Shown one piece after another: positions 36,976-51,549 of a stretch of 64,000 nt of DNA (position 1 is the first letter of the stretch; each line of letters opens with the position of its first letter). A program made the position numbers and the translations under genes. This DNA is from Paraspadella gotoi (Eukaryota > Animalia > Chaetognatha), in contig CM119264.1 in NCBI GenBank assembly GCA_051294375.1, forward strand, positions 9,360,764-9,424,763, written 5' to 3'. Below the pieces are notes generated by a model that did no database searches, was not told the DNA's origin, and was given only the letters and a program-made list of their open reading frames with translations.

Positions 36976-39124
36976 CTCTCTCTTTCTCTCACTAACTCAT
37001 TCGCTCTTTCTCTCCATCGTTTTCTTTCTCCTTTGTTTTTCTTTGTTTTTTCAAGTCTTGGCAATATTGGCCAAGCAAATTTACCCCATAGTCTTCTTCC
37101 ACCTCTCTCTCTCTCTCTCTCTCTCTTTAACTCGCTCCTTTTCGTTTCACAGACATGGCGCCATGCCAGGAGCCAACCCGGATACTTGGGCTCCTGCGTT
37201 TAGCCACTTAGCCGTTGAAGCTGAAAGCTTGAAAAGTTTTCGCTAAACGGGCAGGAGACCTTGTTCAAACACGAACGAACGCAACAACTACAACTATTAA
37301 CTCAAACTTGAAATAAATATGTATAAAAAAGTTAAAATCAATAAATATAATATTGTGGCGATATATTCACACCGCCTCATCATCGTTCGGCCAATTTCAT
37401 TGGCTCAGACGGGGAACGCACCATCCCATGCATTGATTTCCATTCACAGTACTAACGACTTCTCTCTGCGTTGGCAAAGCAATACCGTCCGAGAGTAACC
37501 GCGCCAGTAATTGGAGGAGTCCCTGAGGGTCGGAAGCCCCCAGGACTAACAGTGAGATGCCCCATCCCAATGAGTATCACAGGCAACCCGGCTATTTCCG
37601 TAATATATAAAAATTGGATATGAGAAAAATAATAACAAAATCAATGACTAATGCTCGATTGAGGTGCGTATGTTTCTGCAATTGCCTTTTATATTTGTCT
37701 TCGTTTCTTTTTTGTTTGTTTTCCCCCCTTCGTCGCCGCCAGCGCCGCCTCTCGGGGCCAAAATCGTCGAGAGAGCCAGTTTCTTTTGTTTGTTTGTTGA
37801 CGGAGCAAATGTTTGACCCTCGTTCGATCCTGAAGTCCGAATCGGGGAAACGCGGGCCTGGATTTCCACCGATCGGCCGGTGGATTCATTTTCGTCTGCT
37901 TTCAGATTATCTCATCTCATATCTTGAAGGATCAGAACGACCAGCTAAATCTTTCTCAGGCTCTCAGTTGTGAAATTAGTTAACTCGCCTATGTTTTTTT
38001 CTCTCTCAAGATATTCTCTGGAGTTAATTTAAAGACAAGTAACAGTTTATCATACGCTTTGATAATTTAAAACTTACTTGTTTGATGGTTAACACCTTTT
38101 TATCCGGGACCGTGTAAACGTAAAAATAAAACAAAGACCTCATGAAAATAAGTTTTCCTAAATTACTTCCAATTTGTTTGAAATCCGATAGTTTCAATCA
38201 GCCTCGTCTGAGTCATTCTGCAACTGGGTATTCAAATCTCGAGAGCCAAAGTCAAAGATCGAATCTTGGATTGGCGTATGTCACAATCGCGGCCGCGTCC
38301 GGTCCTCTCGTCCGGTCCAGAGTCTTAGACTCGCTAGAGGGCGTCTGACATCTCACTTCGTCCTTCGTGAACCCAAAGGACAAAAACATTGGGATTCTTT
38401 GTTGTTCGTTTCTGGTCCAAACGTCCAAAGGATGATTTTTTTTTTCAAAAGAAATATTAATCCCCACGCTCCCATATATTATTCATCTTTCAAAGTGAGT
38501 TTTCTTTCCCTTTTCCTTTCTTATTTTCTTGTTCTTCTCATCCTCTTTGTCTCTATCTCTCTCTCTCACTCACTTTCTTTGTTAACGGTTTTTTGCTTTC
38601 CACTTCGCAATTTTAGTAACGGCTGATGAGTGAAAAATTTTTTATGTGTTTAACGCTAGATTGCATCATCAACTTTTCTTTATAACTTCGCTGCCTAAAG
38701 GTTGAAATTCTCATTTTAAAAACAAATCAATCATAATGACCAGCATGAAATCGCTCCATGAGCAAAGAGATAATTTCACCTTATCGGGGAAAGTTAACAA
38801 TATATAATTACAGCATTCCTCCCATGCATTGTAAGTAAGGATGGACTTCGGTTGCCTGACTCGGACAAGCTTTCTCGTCTCCCATTTTTTTTTAAGGGTC
38901 ACAAATTTCCCTTCGGCCCAAAAATCCCGAGAGTTCGAGAAATACAATAACTGTCGCTGAGGAGGATTAAAGAGAGACGTTTGACCTCCTTTCAAATTTG
39001 GTCAGCGGAAGAGGAAGGAAAAAAAGGTCAACTAGAGTTGAAAGGAGCGACGACCTTTTCAGATTCACTCGACGCTTTTATCTGTTTTAGAAAAGGACAT
39101 TAGTTTAAAGTTTCTCTGTCTCTC

Positions 39125-39168
<44 letters not shown>

Positions 39169-39372
39169 TTCTTCTTCTTTCTTTTGCTTCTTTCTTTTTT
39201 TTTCTCTCCCTCTCTCTCCCTCTATCTCTCTCTCACTTTCTTCTCCCGGACACGATCCATTCAGAGAGATGGAGTTTCACCATTCGAGTATTTATTGGAT
39301 TTAAAGTCTTGCGAAAGGTTTTTTTTTATATTTTCTTTATTAAAAGATGAGATTTGATGTTCTCTTGTTCGT

Positions 39373-39403
<31 letters not shown>

Positions 39404-40090
39404 GGTTGATGAGATGGATTCGATTTGATATGAATGACGACTACAACGACGACGACGACGACGACGACGATTATGTGCCATTGATTTTTTTTCTGTTTTT
39501 CTGATAAACGTGAGCAAAGATGTTTGTCACATGCAACGAGATATCGCAAAGGTATAAACACAATTTTTATACGAGGATTTTAAAAAACGTTGTACCGTAT
39601 TCGTCTTAAGCTTTTTTTTTTCTCGTCCTTGATGGAATCGGAACAAGAAACGGAATCCGCCGAGAACTCTCTGATTGGACGATGGACAAATCACTATCGG
39701 AACCGACCAATGAAGAGAAGGGCTTCATGCCATCGAAAAACCAACCAGTGTCGATGATCCGATTGTACTGCCGTTTCTGTATCATTCCATCTGTCTCAAA
39801 TTCTGACACCGTCTTTGCTTGTCATATTTCTCGAGAATAAAATCCCCTTTGGTTTCATGTTGAAATTTCTGTCTACTGTCTATTAACGATAAATCCAAAA
39901 TGGAATTTCCAGTTAAATAAATGAATGAAATGAATAATTAATAATGAATGAAGTGATAGTATTGATTACGATTATGAGGAGACTCATGTTTAGGACCTCA
40001 TCTGAGAAGCGTCGCCGATGGCAACGAAGCCTCCGATTGGGAGTCGAGGTCAGGTCTTGGTCGGATGGGGAATTGAGGGGAGGAAAATAG

Positions 40091-40160
<70 letters not shown>

Positions 40161-41382
40161 GCCTCATTTCCTTCCTAAACGCAATCAAGAGGAACAAGTT
40201 GAAGGAAAAAATGAATTTAATGGGGAATAAACATACTAATGTGGTACTAGAGGCAAGTTGATGCCACTTGGTGCGGAAGGTAATAACTCAACCTGGAAAA
40301 TACATCAAATTCCTGAGCGTAAGTCTATGTATGGAGACGTACAAAAAAAATACACGGATTAAATGTTAAAAATAAATCATAATTATGTTAATTATCATAA
40401 CTATGTTTTGTATGAATCAAGAAAAAAAAATCATGGGATTATTCTTTAACAAAAAATTGGATTTTTGGGCAGTCGTTTAAGTTTTCCATCCCCCTATAAC
40501 TTCGTTTCAAAAATATTCTTTGAAAAATAAGCAAAAGGATATTTTAGGAGGATGAAACGAAAAACGCGCCTGCGACCGAGAGAACCAACGCTCGTCCAAC
40601 AAAAAAAAAAAAAAAAAGAAGTTCTTTCCCAAAAATCGAGTTAAGTTTGGAAACGTTTTCTCATTTGACTGACTGACTGACAAAGTCGACGACGACGACG
40701 ACGGCCACGACGAAGACGACGACGACGACCCCGACGCCCAAGAAGACGAGGAAAGAAGCAGAAAAAAACTTTCTCATTGAATTTCTTCCTCACGCCTCCA
40801 GCGCTGACCTCGTTTATGAGTTCTCTTTTTTTTTTTCCTTTCCTCACCTCCTTTATGAGTTTTCGCTCTCATTTTCTCTCTACTCAATATGTTTCCCCGA
40901 CTCTTCCGCCTGGTTTCCTCTCCTCTTTCATTCTCTCTTTTCTCTTTCCTTTCCTTCTCCGCCAGCATTTTCCATACTACTCGCACACTTGTCTTGGGAC
41001 AATGCACATTTTTCTCTCGTGTCGTTTGATTTTCTATTTTCCTCTCATCTTCTCCGCGTGTTCATTCGTTCGTTGCTTTTATTGCAATACATGTAATCGG
41101 GCGAACATATATTGCAATTCCCGACGACAGACATAAATGATTAAAGATAAACAGCGTCGCAACATCCGTTTCTCGTGGAGACAAGATACTTAACTTTTTT
41201 TTCATGACTCACCCCCCCGTCTTTTCTTTTCCTTTCTTATTTCCGCCTCTCAGTGACCGTTCTCTCCTTTTTTTTTCTCTTCCTCATCCAATATCCATAT
41301 AGTCTCCATTGTCCCGCCTCTTCGAAAGCCTTTTACTGCCTTCGCTTTCATCAACACCTTGTCTATCGCTCCATCAAAAACG

Positions 41383-41462
<80 letters not shown>

Positions 41463-41607
41463 TCTCTCTCTCTAACTAATCGACTTAAATCCACTCTCCA
41501 CTCTTCACCCCTGTCCCTCACTCCACCGCCATCTACGGTATTTCTAGGAAAGAAACGACGGCGCCTGTTCCATTGTTTCCTCGTTTCGCTCGACTTGTCA
41601 CCGCCGA

Positions 41608-42068
41608 TTGTCATTTAGATCCAAGTTCCGTTTGTCATTTCGGTTGTCATTTCTATCCTCGTTTCCTTTGTAATTTTGATTGTCATTTGATTCTCGTTCC
41701 ATTTATCATTTAGATTGTCAATTAGATCCTCAGTCTATTTGTCATTTTGCTTTTCATTTTGATCCTCGTTCTGTATGTCATTTAGATTTTCCTTACGGTT
41801 TATCATTTTGGTTGTCATTTTGATCCTTATTTTGTTTGTCATTTTGATTGTCATTTCAATCTTCATTTCCTTTGTCATTTTGATTGTCATTTGTATCTTT
41901 GCTCCAAATGTCATGACAATCCTTGTTCTGAATGTCATTTTGGTTGTCATTTGGTTCCTCTTATGTGTTATTATGATTGTCTTTTTTATCTTCGTTCCAT
42001 TTGTCATATTGATTGTCATTTTCATCCTCGTTCCACTTGTCATTTTTATTGTCATTTCGATCTTCGTT
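41608..42068. repeat. 36-bp minisatellite (24+12 substructure), ~12-13 degenerate copies
   Basis: TGTCATTT recurs at alternating 24- and 12-nt spacing; approximate consensus TGTCATTTTGATCCTCGTTCCATT TGTCATTTTGAT. Confidence 0.9.
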
Positions 42069-42247
42069 TTCCTACCCGCAATGTCGTTTTCACCGACAAA
42101 TGTTTCATTTCTTTTTCTCCTCTGATTCCGTTATCTTCGTCTTGTTTACCGACGATTGTTCCATTCTTCTTCATTACCTCCTCATCGCGGTTTCGTGACT
42201 CTGTCTCTGTTTGTTTAGCTGTTCGACTCTCAATTGTCCTGTCTATT

Positions 42248-42320
<73 letters not shown>

Positions 42321-45300
42321 CTCCTCTCTCTCCGTTTCCTTCTGCCGATATTATGCATAAGCTCCACACGTAGTATTCACGTCGCATAATTCTTATTTTC
42401 TGTATCCGAATCGATAAGTTTATTCACACCCAACTCTGCCAGAGTCACATCTTCGTCTCCCGCGATCTTTTCAACTTCCTTTCTTCGCCGAAATTGTTAA
42501 CAACATATTTTTTTTCTCTTTACTTTTTATAATTTACTAGTAGTCTTTTACATTTTGATTCGCTCAATTTCCACTTCCCCTTTACACCGCGTGATTCTCA
42601 ACATTCTATGTTCAGAAGATGCTTTCCATTGAAAGAAACCATTTTTGTAAAAAAATGTTTCTCCTAATTTCTTTTCTTCTTTTTCAAAACTTGCCCAAAA
42701 TGGGGCGACTCCTTATATGTTCCTTTAAAATTAAAATCCCATGTAAATCTTTTATTTTCAAAAATTTCCTTTCTTCACTTGACTCAATCAGGTTTCTTTT
42801 TGTGGATAATCTTGTTTTACCAAACCATTGACAAACTTCACTATCCCAGGTCCCTTCAATCTCTATCTTTATAGAGAGATCCTTCGCTCTTTAATCCTTA
42901 ATCCTTCCAAATAAAATACATCCCTCTTAAATCCCAGACCCCGTATCCCCAGCCAGGACTCTCGTCCCCAACTCCAATGTCGTTTCTTTAACGGCGAGTT
43001 TGAAGATCGCACTCTTGACCACCCCGAGGCCGCTACAACCACAGATCCCACCGCTTCCCTACGCCATCACCGCCAGAGCGAATCGCGCATCGAATTCCAA
43101 TGACTTCTTTCGACTAGCCGCCTTTCCGGCCGCCTCACCGGCCGCTCCACCGGCAGCCCGGTCAACCGATTTAAACTAAAGCGTCTTCGTTTTTGGTCAA
43201 GGCGTTTCCTGAGGTCGAAGAGAGGGTGAACCTCCAGACGTTGGCTCCGATAGACCATTCGGATAACGATAGCAGTTGTGGGTCATTTGGTGTTAAACTT
43301 CTCCAATTTCCATGGTTAGATTTTATTAAAAATGTAAAATTAAATAGAAACAAAATTAATACATTCTATCATTAAAGTTTTGAAATTTTGCGCAGATTTT
43401 GTTTTTAAAAACGAAAGTCTCTTTTCGATAAAAAGAATCCCACGTTTTAAAAACAGTTTGCTAAACCTTCCCATTACATTTGACTCGAGGACACATTGGA
43501 TGCACCCCCGAAACTTCTGCGCTTTATACTTCATTTTCTTCATTTTATGCAATAAGTTAAGAATAATCCAAATATTCAAATGCCCAAATATTCAAAAAAT
43601 TCATAAAGTAAAAAACTAACAGGCCAAATGCTTCTTTAAACCACCTACACCTTCCATTTTAAATTTATTGTCAGTCATCTTATACTTATTATATTCAATT
43701 ATTCATATTTTTATACACATTTATCACTATATATCCACGTAAAAGGTAACGCGCCAGATTAACGAGGCTTTCAATTTATATCCGGAATCCTCCATTCACT
43801 ACTTTTTCATTTCCGCAATTTTTTTTTCATCTTTGTCGTCGAGTCGGAGAGAGAAATGATAGATGACCTCGTTTTAATCCGAAATGCCGCCGCGCTGCCG
43901 CGCCACCTCCGTTGTTGTCGCCGTCGTTGCCGGGGCAACGCCACCGTCGTTCGGCGTCGATAGAAAAATTGAAAATATAATGGAGTCGTAGAGTTTTACG
44001 AACGTGTCTGGTTGCGTTGAATCGCTATTCGTGACAAAAAAAACAAAACAAAAAATAACCCAAAAAAAAACAAGAACTACAACAACAACGAAATGAAGAT
44101 TTACTTATTTTCCCCCTACTATACTCACTTCCACTCTTTATCGGATCGTTTATTTGGATGTGACGATATGATTTTATGATAGTTACATAGTATCTTGTAA
44201 ATATCGACAAAGTAATTTAACTTCAAATTCGTTGTCCACACCCACGAATTCCAGAAGTTAGCGTTTCTATTTCTGTTCTTCGTCGTAGTGTTCGTCGTAG
44301 TTATCGCATAACCAGTCGTCGTCGTCGTCGTCGTCTCAGTCGACGTCGTTATCTCCGTCGCTTTCCTCTTCGCGAAATTTTCTATTCGATTCTTCGTCGG
44401 CGGAATTCGCCAACTTCGCAGCCGCCGCCGGAGCCGCCGCCGCCGCAGCCGTCGCCGCCGCGTCTGTCTTTTCCTCCCACCAAAATAAAAAAAAAAATGC
44501 TGAGTCGATGTTCGCTTTGTTAGATTTTGTTCAATTAAGTTTGTGTTCAATTAACTCTTACAACGCGAAATTAATATCCGTTTCTTGCGCAACATCGAAT
44601 CGTCAGAAATAAAGACGGATGGCGCTCCTTCCCCTCTCCCCCAACTCTTCTTATTCTTGGACGAAAAAGGAAAAATGCGACATAGAAAAATAGCCAAGTG
44701 GACAAACGCTTAGGTGAAGAAGAGATTCTTGAACGAGTCCCTGTTATTTATAGACATGATAACATTAAAGTTTTGGTTTCATCTCCTTCATTTCGATAAA
44801 ATGAATCGAAACAAAACAAAACAAACCCGCTGCTGTATTAATGATTCAACATCTAGATTAATTCCCATTATTTTCTTCAATTTTTTCCTTTCTTTATTTC
44901 TTTCGTTCTTACTTTCTTTTCAATATTTTCTTGTTTCCATACCGATTCTTTCTACTTTATTAAAAAAATTTTTGCTCGACGCATTTTTCGCGTTGGGGAC
45001 GTTCCTTTTTCGTTTCTCTTTCTGACGGCAATGAGCCGAAATCGTTTCTATTAAGCTGATGACGTCTTCTGTTGTTCCTAAGATTGTTCTTGTTGACTCG
45101 AGATTGTTGTTTGGTAGAGATTGTGGTCGTTTAGCAGCGTGCGAGTCGTTGTTTTGAGGTGTTTTAGTAGTTGTTGTTCGTGTGTTTGTTTATGACTTTA
45201 CAAGACGGTTCCTTCTCTCTCGTAACTCACCGATGTGTTGGGTCTTACTTTTCTTCTCGATTCCCACCCCGCCTTTCAAAAAACCCTCTCTTCGCGATAG

Positions 45301-46146
45301 TTGTTACTTTGTTTTTCTTCACGAGGGACAAATTGCGTCTCGAAAACCAAAAATGATAATACTTTTTTCTAAGGATGAAAAAAGTGAAGAAAAAAACTAG
45401 AAGCGAAGGAACAAAAATGGAATTGTATTGCAAAGTAAATGAAAAAAAAAAGAGGAAAATAAAACGAGCACGGATATTTTTCATTAACTTCTTTCTTTTC
45501 TCTCGCTTAAGATGTTCGTTTGGAAACTGAAAAATGACGTAGCAAATTTTGGAATCCTTTTTTTTCTTTTCTTTTCATTTAGTTTCTTTTCTTTTCCTTG
45601 TTTTCGTTTCCTTTCTTCTTTTCTCTACTCTTCTCCACTTTCAACTTTTTAATTGTCGTCCTTGGGAAATACATTAAATGGGTTTTGGCGAACGCACCGA
45701 CCGCTGTGATGTCAAGGAATGTCTGAGCGAATGCGCATAGCAATGCAAGCAATTACCGGAAACACAGCGCTCGACGTAAAACGGGAGATAAGAAAAAAAG
45801 GGAGAAAGGAGGGCAAAGTGAGCAGGAGCTGAAAAATGGCGGATTGAAAGCTAAAAGTGTTGCGGTACAAAAACCAAAACAAAAATAATAAAAATACAAG
45901 TTTGAGCAAACAATGTCGGAATCTTGCCTACGATAATTAATTAATTAATTAATCGATTAATTAATTAATTAATTTTAATATGTAATAATTAATTTTTAAT
46001 TTATATTCAACTTATCACATCGATGGTCCTCTAAAATTGTCGGTTAGGCACAGGTTATTAAAATGTTTTGTTTACAGTTTTATCAAAACAAACAATATCC
46101 TCTATTTTTTATTTATGTCTCCTTTCTCTCTCTCTCTTCTCTCTAC

Positions 46147-46189
<43 letters not shown>

Positions 46190-46315
46190 TTTTTTCTGCA
46201 ATTGCGACGTCTTTATGCTTTTCAGATTTTTTTTAACTTGCCATTTTTCACATTAATTCATTGACATAATCATTATTAATTAAAACATTATTAGTAATCA
46301 TTAATAGGTTAAAGA

Positions 46316-46729
46316 TTCAAGTAAATGTGACTTATGTTCTTTTCCATCTAAACACATTTCCCCTGGCACAAATTTCCGTCAATTAGCTTTATATTATTAT
46401 ATATTAATAAATATTAAAAAGCTTCAGTGCAACAACCCAATGAATAATTCAAAATTATATTGAAATCGAAATTTAGTAGTAAAAGGAAAAAAAAATTTAG
46501 AAGAGAACTAGAAGTTTATAAAAAGTGTTCAATTTTGGCCCGCCTTACTAGAATTAGCCTTTACTTAGATATATGCATGTGATTAAACAATGTTATCGGA
46601 ATAATTTAATTTATCAATTTTATGTATTTGTAAGTATTTAAGTATTTTTATTCAGTGAGTAAAAATTAACAACTTTTTTATCGCTAATTTTTATCTCGAC
46701 TCTCTCTCTTTCTATCTTTCTCTCTCTCA

Positions 46730-46764
<35 letters not shown>

Positions 46765-46813
46765 TTGCAATTTGCGACGATCCTTATTGCTCATTTACTG
46801 CTCTCTCTTCTCA

Positions 46814-46853
<40 letters not shown>

Positions 46854-46970
46854 TTTGCAATTGCGCGATCCTTATGCTTTTAGGATTTTTTAACTTGTTA
46901 TCATTTTTCTGCCTTCAAGTAAATGTGACTTTAGGTTTTTCCATTAAACTCATTCCACTGACAATTCCGT

Positions 46971-47003
<33 letters not shown>

Positions 47004-48740
47004 TACTTTATATCTAGCTTTTCACACACTTTCCTACCCGCTCAGCAAAATTTCATCCAATTATTTATGGGTTAAAAAATAAGTAAAAAGATTCAAGTTA
47101 AATGTTGACTCATATTTTGTTATTTAAACTTCATTTCCACTCGTACGTTTTCCACGAAACTTTATGATTCAAGCATCGATACACATTTTTCTACCCACAC
47201 AAAAAAATTTGAACTCAATCTATCCATCCAATTATGATTAATTAGAGTACTATTGGTAAAATAAGCTAAAAAGATTTTAGTAAATGCGACTTATGTTTTT
47301 TCCACTTTTAAACCTCATTTCCACTCACACGGATTCCGTCGAAACGTTATATCCGCTTTATCAAACACACTTTCCTACCCACACACAAAATTTCATTTCA
47401 ATCCAACCAGCCAATCACGAGTTATTGGAGCTTTTTGCTAAGGTGGACGGATTGGACGGATTGATTGACTGATTAATTAATTTATTGATTAATTAATTGA
47501 CTAATTGATTAAGTTAACTGATTAATTATTTGACTTATTAATACATCCTTGCATATACATTTAATATAAAAGGAAAAAGAAGCATAATCAATTAGTGAAA
47601 CAGGTTTTTTGTTTTTTTCCATTTTAAAACTCATTTCCACTCCCCAAAAGATTCCATTCGAAACTTGGTTTCCTGGTTTAATCACACACTTTGCTTACTA
47701 ATACAAAATTCCAGGTCCAATCTCGATAATTAAGTGGTTAATAAGCTATCTTGGTCAACTTGCATAATTAATAACTTGCATAATTGGTCAACTGACATAA
47801 TTTGGTTAACTGACATAAGTTTGTCTACTACATAATTTGGTTTAACTGACATTAATTTGGTCAACTGACATTAATTTTGATCAATTAAGATAATTTGGGT
47901 CAACGGCATTAATTTGGTTATAAACTGCATAATATTTATCACTAGCCTCCCATAATTGGTCACAGGCATAATTTGGTCAACTGCAAAAACTTTGATTAAC
48001 TTGCCAGAATTTGGTCAACTGGCATAATTTGGTCAGAATTCAATCAATCAATCAATTCAATCAATCAGAGAGAGAAGAGAGAGAAACTATTAAAAAATTC
48101 AAAATAAAATGTGTCTTTTGGTCTTTCTAATTTGAACTCTTTTCCACTCCTACGATTCCATCAAAAAATTTTTATCACCTTTTATCATCATACTTCCTAC
48201 CCACACACAAAAATTTCAATTTCGATTTAATCTATCCAATTTTTAATAAACAAAATAATTATGAGTAAATTAAGTTAAAAATACTTCAAGTAAATATGAC
48301 TTTTTGTTTTTTTCCATTTTTACTCATTTCCACTCGCACGATTCCATCGAAACTTTATATCGAGCTCAATCACACACTTTCTTAACCCACCATACAAAAT
48401 TTCAAGTTCAATTGCACTATCCACTCTTGAGCAATTTTTGGCGTTCAAAATAGTGAAATATATTTTTTGTTTTTTCCATTTAAACCAATTCCACTCGCAC
48501 GGAATCCCTCGAACTTTCATATCCAAATTCTCAATCACACAGTTTCCTACCCACACACAAAATTTCATACAATTCCATCCATCCAATCACGGGGTAATTG
48601 GAGTTTTTTGCCTAAGGTGGGAACGACTGGACGGAACGGACGACGGACGACAGAACGAGGACGGACATTCATTTTTTTTGCATAATTTATCATATTCGAT
48701 GTATCTGACATGATATAAGTGGGCCCGACAATATTGAGGT
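46316..48740 (+). mobile_element. Composite non-autonomous Helentron/DINE-1-like repeat with ~160-190 bp internal tandem units
   Basis: Unit TTCAAGTAAATGTGACT...CATTTCCACTCGCACG...TTCCTACCCACACACAAAATTTCA starts near 46316, 46914, 47092, 47276, 47600, 48098, 48285 and 48444, and ends in a (GGAC/GACG)n tract at ~48625-48667. The repeat is seen directly; the family assignment is inferred from architecture. Confidence 0.6.
47751..48035. repeat. ~19-bp minisatellite TTGGTCAACTGGCATAAT(T), ~14-15 degenerate copies
   Basis: Direct reading. Confidence 0.9.
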
Positions 48741-49234
48741 GGGCGGACGACGGACGCGAAAAAAGTGAGTTTATAGAGTCGGACTGTGATAAGCAGATCC
48801 GACTAAAACATGAAATAAAAAAAGAAAAAAAAGAGGTGACAAAACTCTTGTCCGGTGGAAACAAAAGAGCAGCCGAAAAGAGACCCAACCGAATGGTAAA
48901 TGTCATTCGAAGACGAAGGAGGAAGAAGCCACTTTGGTCGTCGGAGCCAAACAAGCGACTAATTCGATTTGCAAAGCAAAAACTTGGGTCGTCACTTCGA
49001 CGGACGAATAGGAAGAGAGAGACGAGAAGGAGAAGAGAAGAGCGAGAAGAGAGAAGAGAGAGAGACGAGAGACAGAGAGAAGAGAGAAGGAGAGAGAGAT
49101 AGAGAGAGAGAGAGAGATGAGAGAGGAGAGAGACGTTCATTGACATATCATATAATCATCGGGTGATAAAATGGTATTCTTTTGAAAAACCGAATCATCA
49201 TCTTTACTTATTTTCATATATTTTTTTTTTGCAG

Positions 49235-49305
49235 ACGTCGTCCAAAAATACACGACGCCTCTTCCCCGCGTCCCGTCAACCGTGCCTCAGTCCCTCTCAT
49301 CCCCG
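49235..49305 (+). CDS. Internal exon of the GFR-like gene: (D)VVQKYTTPLPRVPSTVPQSLSSP (alternative frame RRPKIHDASSPRPVNRASVPLIP)
   Basis: Strong acceptor (T10-GCAG) and donor (CG|GTGAGT); GC-rich 71-nt block. The reading frame is ambiguous. Confidence 0.7.
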
Positions 49306-51549
49306 GTGAGTCAAATCGTCTACTTTGTCATTCTTTACGGACGTCCGTGTCAGTAGATCGTGGTGTAACTGTCAGTCTAGCTTCCGTCCGTTGCGGATCT
49401 TTTTATTAAGAATGTTAGTTTTATCCATCTTACTACTTTTGATTGGTCCCGTAGTTATATTCATGACATGCATTCATTGATTCGTCCATTTAAAAAAAAA
49501 AAATATGAACCTACTTTCCGTTGCCTTTTCTTTAACCCGTAATACGAATTTCCAAAAAAGAAAGTGTTTGTGATTTCAACGAAAAAATAAACTGTTCTCT
49601 CCTTTTTTTCCTTCCCGCTTCTCATTTTCGCCGTTTCTCTCTAACGCCGTAAACCTTCATCTCATTTCGCCCTAAAATGATATATCGCACTTTTTTTTCT
49701 CTCTCATTTTTTTTTCGTTGCATAATTTATTTTTATTGCAAAAACAAATCGTGTTTCACTCTTTTCTCTTATGAATCAATAAAAATCAAAAATCACAATC
49801 CACTCTTTCCGTGATTCGAACAATTTAATTACAATAAAACTGTGAATCCCCGTGATATTTCTGTGAAACAAAAACCATTTAACACCAACATTAAAACGAA
49901 TCGTGCCGTTTTTATTGTACTTTTCCATACAAATTGTTTTCGAAAAACAAAAGGGCAAACGCAGATTGTCCAACGCCGCCACGAGCGCCACCTTTTCGTT
50001 GGCGACGACGCTGATGGCGACGACGGCAACGATCGCCCTCCGCTTTTGCCACTCTGTGTGCCAGGGGCTGTGGCAGTAGATCCTTCAGCGAAGTTTGTTG
50101 CCACTTCTCTTTAACGGCAGTGATGGCATCCATTCAGTCGGCGACTGAATTTCTTCAATGTTTACTCTCACTTCGTCGATGTACATTATGTATCATCATG
50201 TATTTTTATTCGTGCAAAGTAAGAAAATTAATAAACTTCATTAGTGCGCGAAAAATCTTTCTATTTTCCTACAAATGAGACGCAAATTGCTAGGAAAAAT
50301 GAGATTTCAAAGAACTTCTTTAAGAAAAAAAAATTGGGTAGATTTAAATTTTTTTTATTTTGACTAGTAGTCAATATTAAGTGGCATATCTCTCACTCTC
50401 TCTTCTCTCTCTCTCTCTCTCGTCCTAAATCTTTCTATCTCTCTGCTCTCTCTCATCTCATCTCTCTCTCTCTCGTCTCTCTCTCTCCTCTCTCTCTCTC
50501 TCTTGCAATTTTTTACATGAAATGTGCACAGCTGCCTTCAAAATGAATAAAATCCATCTTCATGTTTAATTGTCGCACGGCACCCAGAAAATTTGGAAAT
50601 GTGCTTCTATTTTGGGAACGCTTGTTCATTTTTTTTCACCGCTTTTTACACATTTGATTAAATCTGGATTTATCGGCGCGTCTTCTATACACATTCACCA
50701 TTTGTGTTCACCAACTGCGTTCACAATCCGCGTTCACAGTCCGCGTTCACTTCCAGCGCCTCTCGGGTTCAGAAAACGAAAGACTCCATTTCCGGTCCAT
50801 TCGGTTGAGTTGGAAGAAAAGCAGAGTGCGAACTGAAGGATCAATTCACGTCCATTTGTCACAGATGTGATATGAGAGAGAGAGAGAGAGTGAGAGAGAG
50901 AGAGAGAGAGAAATAACTTGGTACTAACAATGAAATGTTTTTTTTTTGTTCCAAATTGCTGATTCTAATTCAAGTTAGAATCACTAATTTCTTGTTATCA
51001 GTTTAAAAAGACTCTGTGACTTATTGAGTTTGAATAACCCTTAACGAATTATTATTTTAAATACGTATAGACGGTGAAAAAGTTGGTTTCTAATGCGGAC
51101 AATAGCGACAAAGAAAAGAAAAATTATATTCATTCAAGAGTTTTTTTAATGAAATTAATGTCTTTCCATTTTTATCCTTTTTTCTTTTCGGCTTCCTCCA
51201 ACTTTTCTCCCTTTTCTTTTCATGCTTACAAAATGGCCGGCGTTTCTTCTTCAAATCAACGACGACGACAATAAATAAATATTTTTTTTTTCCAACTCCG
51301 TTTCAACATCCTCGCGCTATTTGATCTAATTTTCTTATTTGCATTCACTCAATTAACAAAATTCATTCTTACAACAATTTAATTCCATTTAATTAACTAC
51401 AACTTTTACGTCCTTTCTAACCATGCTTTCACCTCCTCATTCATTCACACGCTTCAAATCACATTTTCGTCCACCTTTTCACCAAACGCCATCTCGGGAT
51501 TCGCCATTTCTTTCGCTTCACTGCCCTCTAGTATCCTCACCATTTTCAG

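Noticed and set aside
37152-37246. Strong acceptor TTTCACAG followed by a GC-rich block with a small hairpin
   Set aside because: The phase-1 frame stops after ~19 codons and there is no convincing donor.
44270-44470. Ala/Asp-rich minus frame with an in-frame TGA (selenocysteine or readthrough?)
   Set aside because: Built from (GCC)n/(GAC)n triplet repeats, with no splice support or SECIS seen.
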